From IMG/VR virus record IMGVR_UViG_3300045051_000531: DNA of 64,000 nt; one strand, written 5' to 3'. This document shows positions 26,808-35,987 of this stretch, piece after piece. The stretch is from a virus. A program made the position numbers and the translations under genes. Below the pieces are notes generated by a model. It was given only the letters and a program-made list of their open reading frames with translations, was not told the DNA's origin and did not search any database. Positions within the stretch are counted from its first letter, which is position 1. Every line of letters starts with the position of its first letter.

Positions 26808-27064
26808 CTTCTCGTGGGAACCCAGGGAACAGAGCGTTCCGGGCGTCGCTGCGGGATCCAGCCACGAAGACAGAGATCGTCGTGGTTCCGATGACGTTTC
26901 GGATCACGTACGCGGTCCCCGAACACCGCGAGTACCTCATGAACGAGATTGCTCACACCAGCTTTTCGATCAGTGGTGCCGGGATCACAAGAGATGGGAG
27001 CAGTGCGAAGTCGTACAGCGCTCGGTGTCTCGGGGTGAAGACCAAGAAGAAGAAGCGTCGCTGA
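26804..27064 (+). CDS. hypothetical protein
   Basis: 86 aa, Lys-rich tail. Confidence 0.55.
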   Translation: MTSRGNPGNRAFRASLRDPATKTEIVVVPMTFRITYAVPEHREYLMNEIAHTSFSISGAGITRDGSSAKSYSARCLGVKTKKKKRR

Positions 27065-27204
27065 TGGCTACCCACCATCACCACCACTACCATCACCGAG
27101 GTGGTGGCGGTGGTGGAGGAGGCGACGACGGCTGCATGGAGAGGGCGTTCGAGTTCGTTGTCATCATGATCATCATCGGCTACATCTTGAAGGGGTGCAG
27201 CTAA
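27064..27204 (+). CDS. His/Gly-rich membrane peptide (46 aa)
   Basis: MATHHHHHYHHRGGGGGGGGDDGCME..VVIMIIIGYILKGCS; TGATG overlap. Confidence 0.65.
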   Translation: MATHHHHHYHHRGGGGGGGGDDGCMERAFEFVVIMIIIGYILKGCS

Positions 27205-27219
27205 CAACAGGGAGGCCAT

Positions 27220-27615
27220 ATGGTCAACGCGGCGGACATCATTGCTCGGGGCTACGTCTTCGAGAAGGAATACGAGGCCATGAGTGCCTCCAAGAAGCTC
27301 TGCAAGATCAACCTGCGTCACGCTGATGGTGAAGTCGAGGGGATCTGGATCTACCCGCTCGAAAAGGATACCGTCGCTGGGACCAAGTTCCATTTCGTGT
27401 TCTTCAATGACCCCCTGGCGTTCCTGGGTGGGCCCCGTCCCACAGCTGGCATGGTTGGCATCGGTACCTCGACTGGGTCCGAAACCAGGGGAACCGCGGA
27501 AGCCATGGAGTGCATCGAGCTATTCAAGAAGGCTGGGGAACCTGCGATCAAGGAGTTCAGGGACTCCGCGGCCCGCTACGAGGCCGAGAAGAAAGCCAAA
27601 AAGGAGGCCAACTAG
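27220..27615 (+). CDS. hypothetical protein
   Basis: GGGAGG RBS. Confidence 0.8.
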   Translation: MVNAADIIARGYVFEKEYEAMSASKKLCKINLRHADGEVEGIWIYPLEKDTVAGTKFHFVFFNDPLAFLGGPRPTAGMVGIGTSTGSETRGTAEAMECIELFKKAGEPAIKEFRDSAARYEAEKKAKKEAN

Positions 27616-28014
27616 GTGCCCAACATGATTCGCTCTGATCTCGAGGAATACGTCGTCCTGCACAACGAGGGTGAATGCTTCGTTGACGGACGCCTTGGTG
27701 CCCGGGTCAGCAAGCTCTACGACGACGCGACCAAGTTAGTCAATGCCTCCTACGTCACCGTGGGGCAGGACTCCAAGTCGAAGCGGCTCTACCTCGGGTA
27801 CCACGAAACGATGTCGGAGCTCACCCTGGACCAGATGGTCAGGGGTTGCACCGAGATCCTGCAGTGGAAGGGGAAACTGGAGCTCGACGTGGAGCCCTGC
27901 CGGCCCGGCTACGAGGTCCACGTGATCTTCCTGTACCCGGCGCGGCACCTTAAGGAGTTCAAGAAGATGATCGCTTTGGCCCAGAAGACGATGTCGGTGG
28001 CCTGGAGGGCGTAG
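27616..28014 (+). CDS. hypothetical protein
   Basis: AAGGAGG RBS. Confidence 0.75.
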   Translation: MPNMIRSDLEEYVVLHNEGECFVDGRLGARVSKLYDDATKLVNASYVTVGQDSKSKRLYLGYHETMSELTLDQMVRGCTEILQWKGKLELDVEPCRPGYEVHVIFLYPARHLKEFKKMIALAQKTMSVAWRA

Positions 28015-28292
28015 TGTCGGCGACCGTCATACTGTACCAAGCAAACTACGGCCCGACCTGCGATATCTTGATGCCAGAAGGCGCCAAGGTGCTGGAGTTC
28101 ATCATCGATCAATGGGACAACGTCCAGTTAGCAGCGCTCGTCGACATGAACGCACCAGTTATAAATCACCGGTTCTATGTGGTCGTACAGGGTGGCTTCA
28201 CCGACGAACCCCTGGGGGCATTCGTGAACTCCGTGATGCTGACAGGTGGTCTTAGGTACTACTTCTTCCTGTCGAAACGAGGACATCAATGA
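28014..28292 (+). CDS. small beta-protein, paralog of 28289..28561
   Basis: ILMPEGAKVLEF...LAALVD pattern. Confidence 0.65.
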   Translation: MSATVILYQANYGPTCDILMPEGAKVLEFIIDQWDNVQLAALVDMNAPVINHRFYVVVQGGFTDEPLGAFVNSVMLTGGLRYYFFLSKRGHQ

Positions 28293-28561
28293 GAACTGTT
28301 TACAAGTACCGGGTGCCTATCGATGACACCTCGGTTGTCGAGCTCCCCAGGGGAGCTCAGGTCATCAGGTTCGGATGCCAGGGTAACGAGATCTTCCTGT
28401 GGGCTGTCGTGGATCCCGCTGAGAAAGAGACCACGAAGCACATCTACTGGATCCGCGGCACCGGGCACCCGATCCCGGATTCCCTTGGCGTCTATATCTG
28501 CTCTGTCGATCTACCGAACGGGCTCGTGTTCCACATCTTCGATGCGAAAGGATGGACCTGA
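28289..28561 (+). CDS. DUF7352-like phage protein
   Basis: TVYKY..VELPRGAQVI..LWAVVDP..GTGHPIP..LVFHIF. Confidence 0.7.
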   Translation: MRTVYKYRVPIDDTSVVELPRGAQVIRFGCQGNEIFLWAVVDPAEKETTKHIYWIRGTGHPIPDSLGVYICSVDLPNGLVFHIFDAKGWT

Positions 28562-28884
28562 TGAAAGATCGTTTAACTATGTCGGTTATCCTGCTGTTCG
28601 CGGGCGGCATTACCGGGGTCCTGATCCACGCCTGGATCATGAATCTCGAGGCCCACGCCAGGCTGGATTCCGTTGAACCGGCCAAGCCGGTTCAGGATCC
28701 CAACGTCTGGAAGAAGGCCTACCTGGGCAAGCTGTTCCGGATCGGTGATACCAAGGGAACCGTGGCCGGTTTCGAGGGGCTCTATGAGACCGGGCGTGCC
28801 AGGGTCGTCCTGCAGAACGGGGATTCCGTGTACGTGGAATGGATGGCTGTCGCGAACCAGCACGGCCCGGCAGTGCAGCCATGA
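28552..28884 (+). CDS. membrane-anchored protein
   Basis: N-terminal TM helix, C-terminal SH3/KOW-like beta segment. Confidence 0.7.
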   Translation: MDLMKDRLTMSVILLFAGGITGVLIHAWIMNLEAHARLDSVEPAKPVQDPNVWKKAYLGKLFRIGDTKGTVAGFEGLYETGRARVVLQNGDSVYVEWMAVANQHGPAVQP

Positions 28885-29297
28885 GAACCGCGATTCTCTG
28901 GCTCGTCATGGTGAACCCGGTCCTCGCCGGACTCCTGTTCGTGTATACCAACATGTGGCCCTACCTGTTCCCAGTGGCCCTGGCGTTCTCATGCGTCGCG
29001 CTCGTCGAGCTGAACCGGCGGGACCAGCTCTTGGCGATGTTCCAGATCGATCACCGCTACGATGGCATCTTTGGTCAGGAACAGAGACCAAGAGGGCTGC
29101 AGTCGCCACGGATGAAGCGGCCCATCCTGGTGGATTTCATCATTGAGACCCAGGATGGCCGCAGGTTCCTGTTCAGGTACGGGGAGCCTGGTATCCTCCC
29201 GCATCCCAGGCTGGTGCTGGGGGTGGACCCCGATGAGCGCAACCTGGGTGAACTTGCAGCGGTCTCCGAGCTACCTAGGCTGAAGATCGACACATGA
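28881..29297 (+). CDS. membrane protein, two N-terminal TM helices
   Basis: AILWLVMVNPVLAGLLFVY..WPYLFPVALAFSCVALV. Confidence 0.7.
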   Translation: MRTAILWLVMVNPVLAGLLFVYTNMWPYLFPVALAFSCVALVELNRRDQLLAMFQIDHRYDGIFGQEQRPRGLQSPRMKRPILVDFIIETQDGRRFLFRYGEPGILPHPRLVLGVDPDERNLGELAAVSELPRLKIDT

Positions 29298-29695
29298 GTT
29301 CAAGCTCACATTGCATCCTGCACGGGAAATACACCACGCTCAAGGCGCTCACGAAGTCGGGGACCCGTAGGCGTCCGAGTCGCGATGACGCCAAGCCTGC
29401 GCTGCCTGAGCTGCCCAAGTCGCGACGGAGCCGGCGCGCCTACGTCAAGGCGCGCTGCAAGCTGGTCAAACGGATGCTGAAGATCATCTTCCCCAAGCTT
29501 CGCGTCGCCAAGAAGTGGAGTGGGCCGACCAAGCAGGAGCACAGCTGTGGCAGGGTTGCCAAGCTCCTGGACGTCCCCACGGACCACGTCTACTTGGTCA
29601 TGATGGGGGTCGCCGGGGAGCCGCAGTGCAACCGGATCGTTACGGCGATCGAGAAAGCTCTGAAAGCCTACAACGACGGAGGTCGTCATGACTGA
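29294..29695 (+). CDS. basic protein, possible HTH
   Basis: Arg/Lys-rich; VAKLLDVPTDHVYLVM. Confidence 0.6.
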   Translation: MSSSSHCILHGKYTTLKALTKSGTRRRPSRDDAKPALPELPKSRRSRRAYVKARCKLVKRMLKIIFPKLRVAKKWSGPTKQEHSCGRVAKLLDVPTDHVYLVMMGVAGEPQCNRIVTAIEKALKAYNDGGRHD

Positions 29696-30680
29696 CAAGA
29701 TCACGGAACTCCGATCTGGGGATCCGTCATGCGTGTTTTGTTCTGGGCACGACTACACCGGGCAAGGTGGTCCCGATGGGAGCATGGATAGCCGGCAGTG
29801 TCCGGTCTGTGCGCCCCAGATGATCGCGCGTCGGGAAGCCATGATCGGTGATCTCGAGAAGCAGCTCGCCGATGAACGCGCCGGGTTCAAGATGATGCGC
29901 GAGGCCAGGGCGACGCACCGCTGCAAGGTCTGCGCGGCGCTCTGGGTCCGGCACCCCGATGGGTCCTGGTCGCTGTGCAGTGATACCTGCGGGAAGTGCT
30001 GCGACGTCGCCGCCATGGGGTCCCAGATCGAGCCCATCGGGATCACCGCGGAGCTCGAAGCGCTCAAGGCCAGGCTTGTCATGACTTCAGCCAAGGAGGC
30101 CAAGCTCCAGGATTACCGGGAAGGTCACTGGGATCGCCGGGAACCGCAGAGCTGTATCGAAGAGCTCGTCGAGATCTGTGATGCCAGGACTGCTGAACTC
30201 GTCGAGGCCAGAGCCGAGCTCGCGGAGTCCGAAGCGGAAGTCAGGCTGATCATGCGGCAAGGCGACCTGCTGACCAGGACGGCCAATGCGTTGCATGGTG
30301 GTCCCCTTCCCAACGGGCTCTGGTCGCATCACGACCTCCCCGAGCTGGCCCAGCAGCTCCAGGATGCCCTGGTCGAGGAGCGCAACCATCGCGAGAAGTC
30401 TGATAACATCGCCAGGGAAGCCGCAAAACAGCGGGATCAGGCCCGAGAGGAACTCGCCGCTGTGCGAGCTGACGCCGACGCGGCAAACAAAGAGGGCGCC
30501 GGGTTTGCTTTACAGGCCTGTAATGCGACCCTGGAGAACAACGCCTTGCGCGCCGAACTGGCTGCGCTCAAGGAGCACAAGATCAAGCTGCCGGACTGGG
30601 AACGCAGCATGGAGTCTCACAGCGACTACATCGACGTGCTCCGGGAATCCCTGCGTCGCCAGGGTTACGAGGTCATATGA
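29688..30680 (+). CDS. Cys-motif and coiled-coil protein
   Basis: CVFC, CPVC, CKVC..CSDTCGKCC, long heptad region. Confidence 0.75.
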   Translation: MTDKITELRSGDPSCVFCSGHDYTGQGGPDGSMDSRQCPVCAPQMIARREAMIGDLEKQLADERAGFKMMREARATHRCKVCAALWVRHPDGSWSLCSDTCGKCCDVAAMGSQIEPIGITAELEALKARLVMTSAKEAKLQDYREGHWDRREPQSCIEELVEICDARTAELVEARAELAESEAEVRLIMRQGDLLTRTANALHGGPLPNGLWSHHDLPELAQQLQDALVEERNHREKSDNIAREAAKQRDQAREELAAVRADADAANKEGAGFALQACNATLENNALRAELAALKEHKIKLPDWERSMESHSDYIDVLRESLRRQGYEVI

Positions 30681-31018
30681 GCCTGTCGACCTGCGAGAAG
30701 TGCGGTGGTCATGTATCCCTGGGCCCCGATGCCTCGAACTGCTGCGAGGAGTGCGGCGCCCATGTCTTCGCCGTGGAGCCCAGCAACTTCATGGCGAAGA
30801 CGGGACCAGGGACGTACTCCGGGGCCATGCAGGATCTCATCAACAAGCAGGACGCCGAGATCGCGGCTCTGAAGGCCAGGAAGGTCGAGCTGCCTGCGAA
30901 GCTCGTCGATGAATCCGGGAAGCCGACCTGGGGCGACTACAAGGCTGGATACAACACAGCGATCGAGGCCTGCAGGCGTGCCATCAGAGCTGCTGAGATC
31001 GAGGTCTCCGATGGCTGA
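30677..31018 (+). CDS. hypothetical protein
   Basis: CEKCG..CEECG; KVELP..YKAGYNTAI. Confidence 0.7.
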   Translation: MSLSTCEKCGGHVSLGPDASNCCEECGAHVFAVEPSNFMAKTGPGTYSGAMQDLINKQDAEIAALKARKVELPAKLVDESGKPTWGDYKAGYNTAIEACRRAIRAAEIEVSDG

Positions 31019-31190
31019 TCCCAAGCTGACCCCAGCTGAACTGCTCATACAGAATCAAAGGCTCAAGAACCTGTTAGCGGTTGCGCTACGGGATCTAACC
31101 GGAACTCGGGCCGGGCGTCTTACCCCGGAGCAGCTCAGCATCTTCCTTGCCGACTGCGAAGCCCTCATCGGAGATTGGAGGAAAACATGA
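31011..31190 (+). CDS. hypothetical protein
   Basis: Internal ATG after GAGG. Confidence 0.55.
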   Translation: MADPKLTPAELLIQNQRLKNLLAVALRDLTGTRAGRLTPEQLSIFLADCEALIGDWRKT

Positions 31191-31516
31191 GCGATGATCT
31201 CAAGCCGTGTCCGTACTGCGGCGCCGAGCACGTCGGGAGCTGTTGTTCCTCGTACGACGGGAAATGGTTCGGCAACCTGGGCTGCGTGGTTTGTGGGGCC
31301 ACGTTCGAAGTCGAGAACCAGCCAGATCAGGCCACCCTTGAGGCCGCCCTGGCGAAGCTCTGGAACGCGAGAGCCATAGCGCAGGAAGGCTTGGAGCTCC
31401 TCAAGGAGGCCCCGTGTACGTGCACGGAGCCCAACGGTATCGGGATCGTGGATCACAGCGAGACCAACCCGGCCTGCTTCCAGAACCGGGCAAAGCTTTA
31501 CCAGCTGAAACCGTAG
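31187..31516 (+). CDS. Lar family-like protein
   Basis: LKPCPYCG ... CVVCG ... LAKLWNAR. Confidence 0.6.
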   Translation: MSDDLKPCPYCGAEHVGSCCSSYDGKWFGNLGCVVCGATFEVENQPDQATLEAALAKLWNARAIAQEGLELLKEAPCTCTEPNGIGIVDHSETNPACFQNRAKLYQLKP

Positions 31517-31526
31517 TCGAATAATT

Positions 31527-31817
31527 ATGAAGCCACATCTCAGACCGAAGAAGGCACCGCTGTCAGCTCTGACCGTGGACAACCTGGTGGTATCCCGGCG
31601 GATCGCCAAGGAGATCCTGAAGAAGCAGGGTCCCCAGAAGCGGACCTCGTTGCTCATGACGATGATCAATACGTACCGGTTCCGACATAAGCTCATCGTC
31701 GATGTCGGCCAGATGACGATCGCGATGCGGCAGCTCATCGCTGAGGGCGACATCATCGATACCGATGGGATCGTTGCGCTCGCCAAACACACGAAACCAG
31801 GAGGTCGACATGCATGA
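31527..31817 (+). CDS. basic protein, possible winged helix
   Basis: 96 aa; AMRQLIAEGDII. Confidence 0.6.
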   Translation: MKPHLRPKKAPLSALTVDNLVVSRRIAKEILKKQGPQKRTSLLMTMINTYRFRHKLIVDVGQMTIAMRQLIAEGDIIDTDGIVALAKHTKPGGRHA

Positions 31818-32124
31818 TGTCGCCAGAACCGCAGCGGTTCTCCAGGAGGTCGCCCGTGAGCGCCTCAGGCAGATCGAGAGGGGGTTCACCACGCAGCACG
31901 ACGACCAGCACACCTATGGTGAACTCGCCGATGCTGCCGCGTGTTACGCACTGAACCAGGGCTGCGAGACGTACTGCCCGGCCCCGAGGACGTGGCCGTG
32001 GTCGTTGACGTTCTGGAAGCCGAAGACGAGGCGAACTGATCTCCTCAGGGCTACCGCGATGCTGGTCGCCGAGATCGAGCGTCTCGACCGGGCCCAGGAC
32101 CGAGCCGACAAGCCGGACCGATGA
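31810..32124 (+). CDS. conserved phage hypothetical protein
   Basis: ERLRQI..HDDQH..GELADAAACYA..WPW..WKP..LLRATAMLVAEIERLDR. Confidence 0.8.
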   Translation: MHDVARTAAVLQEVARERLRQIERGFTTQHDDQHTYGELADAAACYALNQGCETYCPAPRTWPWSLTFWKPKTRRTDLLRATAMLVAEIERLDRAQDRADKPDR

Positions 32125-32333
32125 TCTCAGATACCTGCTACGTTTGCGGTACCGAGTTACACGATCTCCGTCACGGGATCCCGATCTATGAGAGCGTCGT
32201 GGTGCCCGACAACTGGACGGGCCCCTGGATCGGGTATCCGGTCTGCCGGAAGTGCTTCGACGCGAACCGGGATCCCGTGGTGCCCAGGCTCCCGGTTCCC
32301 GGGGACGCCGAGTTAGTGGGGAGACCGACGTGA
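32121..32333 (+). CDS. small Cys-motif protein
   Basis: CYVCG ... CRKC. Confidence 0.65.
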   Translation: MISDTCYVCGTELHDLRHGIPIYESVVVPDNWTGPWIGYPVCRKCFDANRDPVVPRLPVPGDAELVGRPT

Positions 32334-32357
32334 CCCCGCATCAGGTGGAGGGGCGTC

Positions 32358-32621
32358 ATGGCCAATAACGAACAGCGGCGTAGGGCGAGGCGTGAATACG
32401 ACGTCATGCATCGCAACGAGCGGGCCCCACGCCCCGTGCTGAAGGATGGCCAGGAGGCCGTCCAGGTGCTCGACCTCCGGATCGGGGACCGCGTCGACCT
32501 CGGGTACGGGTTCGCTGTTCTACGTGTTCTCGGGATGTCCCGGCGGGGTCACCCGGTCCTGGAAAACGGGATCACGCTGTGCCCCCGCACGATGTGGGTG
32601 GCGCGGTGCAAGCCGGGTTAG
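32358..32621 (+). CDS. hypothetical protein
   Basis: GGAGG RBS; LRIGDRVDL SH3-like segment. Confidence 0.6.
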   Translation: MANNEQRRRARREYDVMHRNERAPRPVLKDGQEAVQVLDLRIGDRVDLGYGFAVLRVLGMSRRGHPVLENGITLCPRTMWVARCKPG

Positions 32622-32716
32622 CCGGAACCCCCGGGGGGTCCCCTCGGGGATCTCGACGTCGGAGTGTCCCGATCAGCTTAGCTCATATGAACCCATAGCT
32701 TCTCAGAAAGGAGCTC

Positions 32717-32986
32717 ATGTCTTCCACGAAAACGAACATTGCGATGGTGGCCATCGTTGCCGCCCTGGTGGCCACCCTGTGTGGCCTCCTCACTTCGATC
32801 ATTTTGGACGCCTACCGGAACCGCCGAGACTTCATCGACAAGGAGGTCACCGTGAACGGGATCCGGGGTGTCGTCGTGGATACCTCGCATCTCTCCCTCA
32901 CCGTGATCCTCCAGGGGCCCAAACCGATCCGGGTTCACGTGGACCCCAAGGATGTCGTCCTGGTTACGGGACCCGAGAAGCCCTAG
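32717..32986 (+). CDS. membrane-anchored protein
   Basis: AGAAAGGAG RBS; TM helix plus SH3/KOW-like segment. Confidence 0.75.
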   Translation: MSSTKTNIAMVAIVAALVATLCGLLTSIILDAYRNRRDFIDKEVTVNGIRGVVVDTSHLSLTVILQGPKPIRVHVDPKDVVLVTGPEKP

Positions 32987-34909
32987 ATGCCGAATCGATT
33001 CCAAGTCGATCCTAGGGCCTTTTTACGTGAGTACCTCGGGGAACCCTACCGGGAGGCCAACGCGGTCAGAAACGAACCGGAGAGGCCCCAGGCTGACCCG
33101 ATACGGGCTGATCTCACCACAGCTGAGGAGGTCGCCAGGATTGCCGAAGAGATCGCCCGACAACAGAACCCGGCTGAGACCTACGCGGTTCGGCAACCCG
33201 GTCGGATCTTCCACGGAGTCGTGAACGCTGAGGCCCATGATGTCGTCGCGCAGGCGTACATCGCGGAACAGATCCAGCGGCGTGCCGAACAGAGAATCCA
33301 GGCTGCCGCTGCTCCAACGGCTCCGAACGCCGATCCTGGCCCGATACGGAGGAACAACGAGGCCTTCGTGGATGAGCTCATCGCAGATATGGAGCGCCAC
33401 AGGGCAACCACGACAACTGGGACGCTCGGACAGATCCTGGAGAACAACGGGGCCCAGGTACCGCTGGCTCCGATGGCTCCGGTACAGGTACAGGGTACCG
33501 ACTGGGCCCGCGAGGCCCGAGCGGTCCAGGAGCACCACGAGGTCGTCGCCAGGCTTCAGCAGGAAGCCCAGCAGACCGCTATTCCCGATGTCACCGTTCT
33601 GCCTGATGTGGTCCCGAGGACCCCGACAACGGGTACCTGGATCACTACGGCTGGAACTGGGACAACCTTTGGCGCCGCCATGTTGTACCACGACGTCACC
33701 GGGAACATGACCTGGGCGAACACAGCGGCCTTCGATCAGGTCCGGGTCGGGCTCGGCGTCGACGAGGATCCCGCTGAAGCCGCAGCAGCCGAGATGCTGC
33801 GACAGATCCAGCTCCGCGAGGAGCGCGAGACCAAGCAACGGGCAGCGGCCATGAAGGCGTACAACGAGCGCCCCGCCTATGACCAGAACCCGATGTTCCG
33901 GGACAACCTGGGGTTCATCAGGACCAAGGAGGACATCATCCTGGCCCATACTCGCGAGGTCTTCGGAGCCCAGAACCTCGTGTTGGCTCGGGAACGCGTC
34001 AACGAGTTCACGAAGGCGTGGAAGAGCGCCAATGTTCCCGAGCCTATTCGGAAACTGTTAGTGCATATCACGGACGCGTATATTAAGGCCATTTCGGATC
34101 CCTACCTGTTCCACCCTAAGATGTGGCCCATGCGGATTCAGATGTCATCGCGTATATCTGATATACTGAAAAGGTATTACAGGAACGCGAATAATCCGCA
34201 CCCGCTCTTTTATGAGGCAGATCCCGGTCAAAAAGAGGTATTATTTGGTACCGACAAGTCGGTTAGGGTCGATATAGACATTATTGATGTCAATGGTGCC
34301 GAGTGGCTCGCGGTGAAGCAGGGCAAGGCCGTCACCAAGACGAAGCGGATCCATGTGGACCCATCGGCCCTCAAAATTGTCCGCGTGAACACTTATCTGC
34401 CCAAGATCAGGGGCTGGGTCCAGGCGACCAAGTCCGGTGATATCCAGGGACTCGAAAAGCTGCGGGAGTCGCTGGAGCCTAATAAGTGGAGGTACCTGCG
34501 CCGTTACCTGTTCGCGCCAGAACACTCCAGAACGGCGTTGCCGCAGATCTGGGATGAAATGAACAAGCTGCGGATCGCCGAGATCGAGATCCCGAACACC
34601 GACTTGCTCGTCGGGTTCCAGTTCACGACGTGGTCCAACGGCAACGAGTTCGGCGCCGTGATCAGCGTGGAAACCAAGGGCGGCCGGTCCGTTGGAGACA
34701 GTCATCGGGTCGCCCGAGACCTGATCCGCCAGGTTCGGACGGCTGGTTCAGCGGGGAGCGACGAAGCCGTCGTTGAGGTCCTCGTCGAGCTCATCCTGAA
34801 ACCGGGGTTCGCCAAGATCCTGCATGGCATCGGACGTATCGATGTTATGGACCGACTGATCCCACGGCTCGACGAGGTCGTAGCCGGTCTGCTCGTAGCT
34901 CGCGGTTAG
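32987..34909 (+). CDS. hypothetical protein (640 aa)
   Basis: Low-complexity Ala/Gln/Thr N-half, globular C-half. Confidence 0.85.
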   Translation: MPNRFQVDPRAFLREYLGEPYREANAVRNEPERPQADPIRADLTTAEEVARIAEEIARQQNPAETYAVRQPGRIFHGVVNAEAHDVVAQAYIAEQIQRRAEQRIQAAAAPTAPNADPGPIRRNNEAFVDELIADMERHRATTTTGTLGQILENNGAQVPLAPMAPVQVQGTDWAREARAVQEHHEVVARLQQEAQQTAIPDVTVLPDVVPRTPTTGTWITTAGTGTTFGAAMLYHDVTGNMTWANTAAFDQVRVGLGVDEDPAEAAAAEMLRQIQLREERETKQRAAAMKAYNERPAYDQNPMFRDNLGFIRTKEDIILAHTREVFGAQNLVLARERVNEFTKAWKSANVPEPIRKLLVHITDAYIKAISDPYLFHPKMWPMRIQMSSRISDILKRYYRNANNPHPLFYEADPGQKEVLFGTDKSVRVDIDIIDVNGAEWLAVKQGKAVTKTKRIHVDPSALKIVRVNTYLPKIRGWVQATKSGDIQGLEKLRESLEPNKWRYLRRYLFAPEHSRTALPQIWDEMNKLRIAEIEIPNTDLLVGFQFTTWSNGNEFGAVISVETKGGRSVGDSHRVARDLIRQVRTAGSAGSDEAVVEVLVELILKPGFAKILHGIGRIDVMDRLIPRLDEVVAGLLVARG

Positions 34910-34954
34910 TAGCGGTCATTGCGAACTCCGGGATGAGGGGTAGCTTATCCAGCC

Positions 34955-35815
34955 ATGGGTGAGTTGCTTCGCATCCCGGAGTACACGCAGCGAAACAAGC
35001 TGTTGGGGTACTGGATGCTGCGCAAGACGGCGGACGACCAGTACCGATTCACGGCTCAGATCCCAGACGCTGGTCACGTCGTCGTGGACACCAAGGAGCC
35101 CCGGCATGCCGTGGCTGCTCTTTACAACGCCTACGTTGGGTTCCTGGGGAAAAGGCTCGATGCCATCGATGCCCAGCTCTCCGAGCTCCCACCGGAGGAG
35201 TTCCCGAAGCCAGGCTTCAGGCCTGGTTGGCTCAATAGGCTCAGAACGACCCTGCGGACCGAACGGGCCGCCGTACTCAAGGAGAACAGGACGAAACTAG
35301 CGGCTCGGTTGAAGGATCTCCGCGAACGCGGGTGGCCGACAACAGAGTTGCCCAAGCTCCCCTGGGACACCGTCGATGGAACACAAGCCGCCCAATCAGC
35401 GTGGGTCCCGCGAGGACCTCATCGTGAAGCTTTACCACCAGGACGGCCTCCAGCCGAACCAGGTCGCCAAGATGGTGGGCTGCGCGTACTCCACCGTGAT
35501 GGGGACCCTGCACCGCCGGGGGATCCCGATCCGCAAGAAGGGAGTCTGCGCCCCGCGCGGCTCGGACCACCCTTCGTGCAAGCTGACCGCGGAGGAGCTC
35601 AACGAACTCGAGTCCGAGCTCATGGCTGGGCGCCAAAAGTTTGGGGATCTCGGGATCAAGTATGGGCTGAGCCGGGAGCGCGTCCGGCAGATCGCGAAAC
35701 GCCTCGGGGCCCCAACGGGACGCCAGATCCAAGCGATGACCCGGATCGCCCGAGCAGCCCAGGAGAGCGAGGCCAAGGCACTGGCGGCACAGGCCAGGAA
35801 GGAAGCCCGCCTTGA
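34955..35815 (+). CDS. hypothetical protein; C-terminal 146 codons overlap next gene
   Basis: First ~140 aa have normal codon usage; the rest lies in an alternative frame of 35376..35987. Confidence 0.6.
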   Translation: MGELLRIPEYTQRNKLLGYWMLRKTADDQYRFTAQIPDAGHVVVDTKEPRHAVAALYNAYVGFLGKRLDAIDAQLSELPPEEFPKPGFRPGWLNRLRTTLRTERAAVLKENRTKLAARLKDLRERGWPTTELPKLPWDTVDGTQAAQSAWVPRGPHREALPPGRPPAEPGRQDGGLRVLHRDGDPAPPGDPDPQEGSLRPARLGPPFVQADRGGAQRTRVRAHGWAPKVWGSRDQVWAEPGARPADRETPRGPNGTPDPSDDPDRPSSPGERGQGTGGTGQEGSPP

Positions 35816-35987
35816 GAAGTACCAGCGCTGGCAGGCGCTCTGGGATCGTGGCCTCACAGTACCTGAGATGGCCGCAGAACTCGGGATGACCCCAGGCTCG
35901 GTGTCCGTTCGTATCGTCATGCTGCGGCGCCGGTTCCCGGATTGGTTCCAGCTCAGGCGGCAGTCCTACGGGACCAAGGCGTCTTGA
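35376..35987 (+). CDS. multi-HTH DNA-binding protein with sigma70 region-4-like motif
   Basis: QVAKMVGCAYSTV; LGIKYGLSRERVRQI; EMAAELGMTPGSV. Confidence 0.8.
   Translation: MEHKPPNQRGSREDLIVKLYHQDGLQPNQVAKMVGCAYSTVMGTLHRRGIPIRKKGVCAPRGSDHPSCKLTAEELNELESELMAGRQKFGDLGIKYGLSRERVRQIAKRLGAPTGRQIQAMTRIARAAQESEAKALAAQARKEARLEKYQRWQALWDRGLTVPEMAAELGMTPGSVSVRIVMLRRRFPDWFQLRRQSYGTKAS

Noticed and set aside
32624-32652. C5/G6 and C4/G4 quasi-palindromes (G-quadruplex or origin candidate)
   Set aside because: Short and single-copy, with no iterons or AT-rich flank; most simply a weak terminator or processing hairpin.
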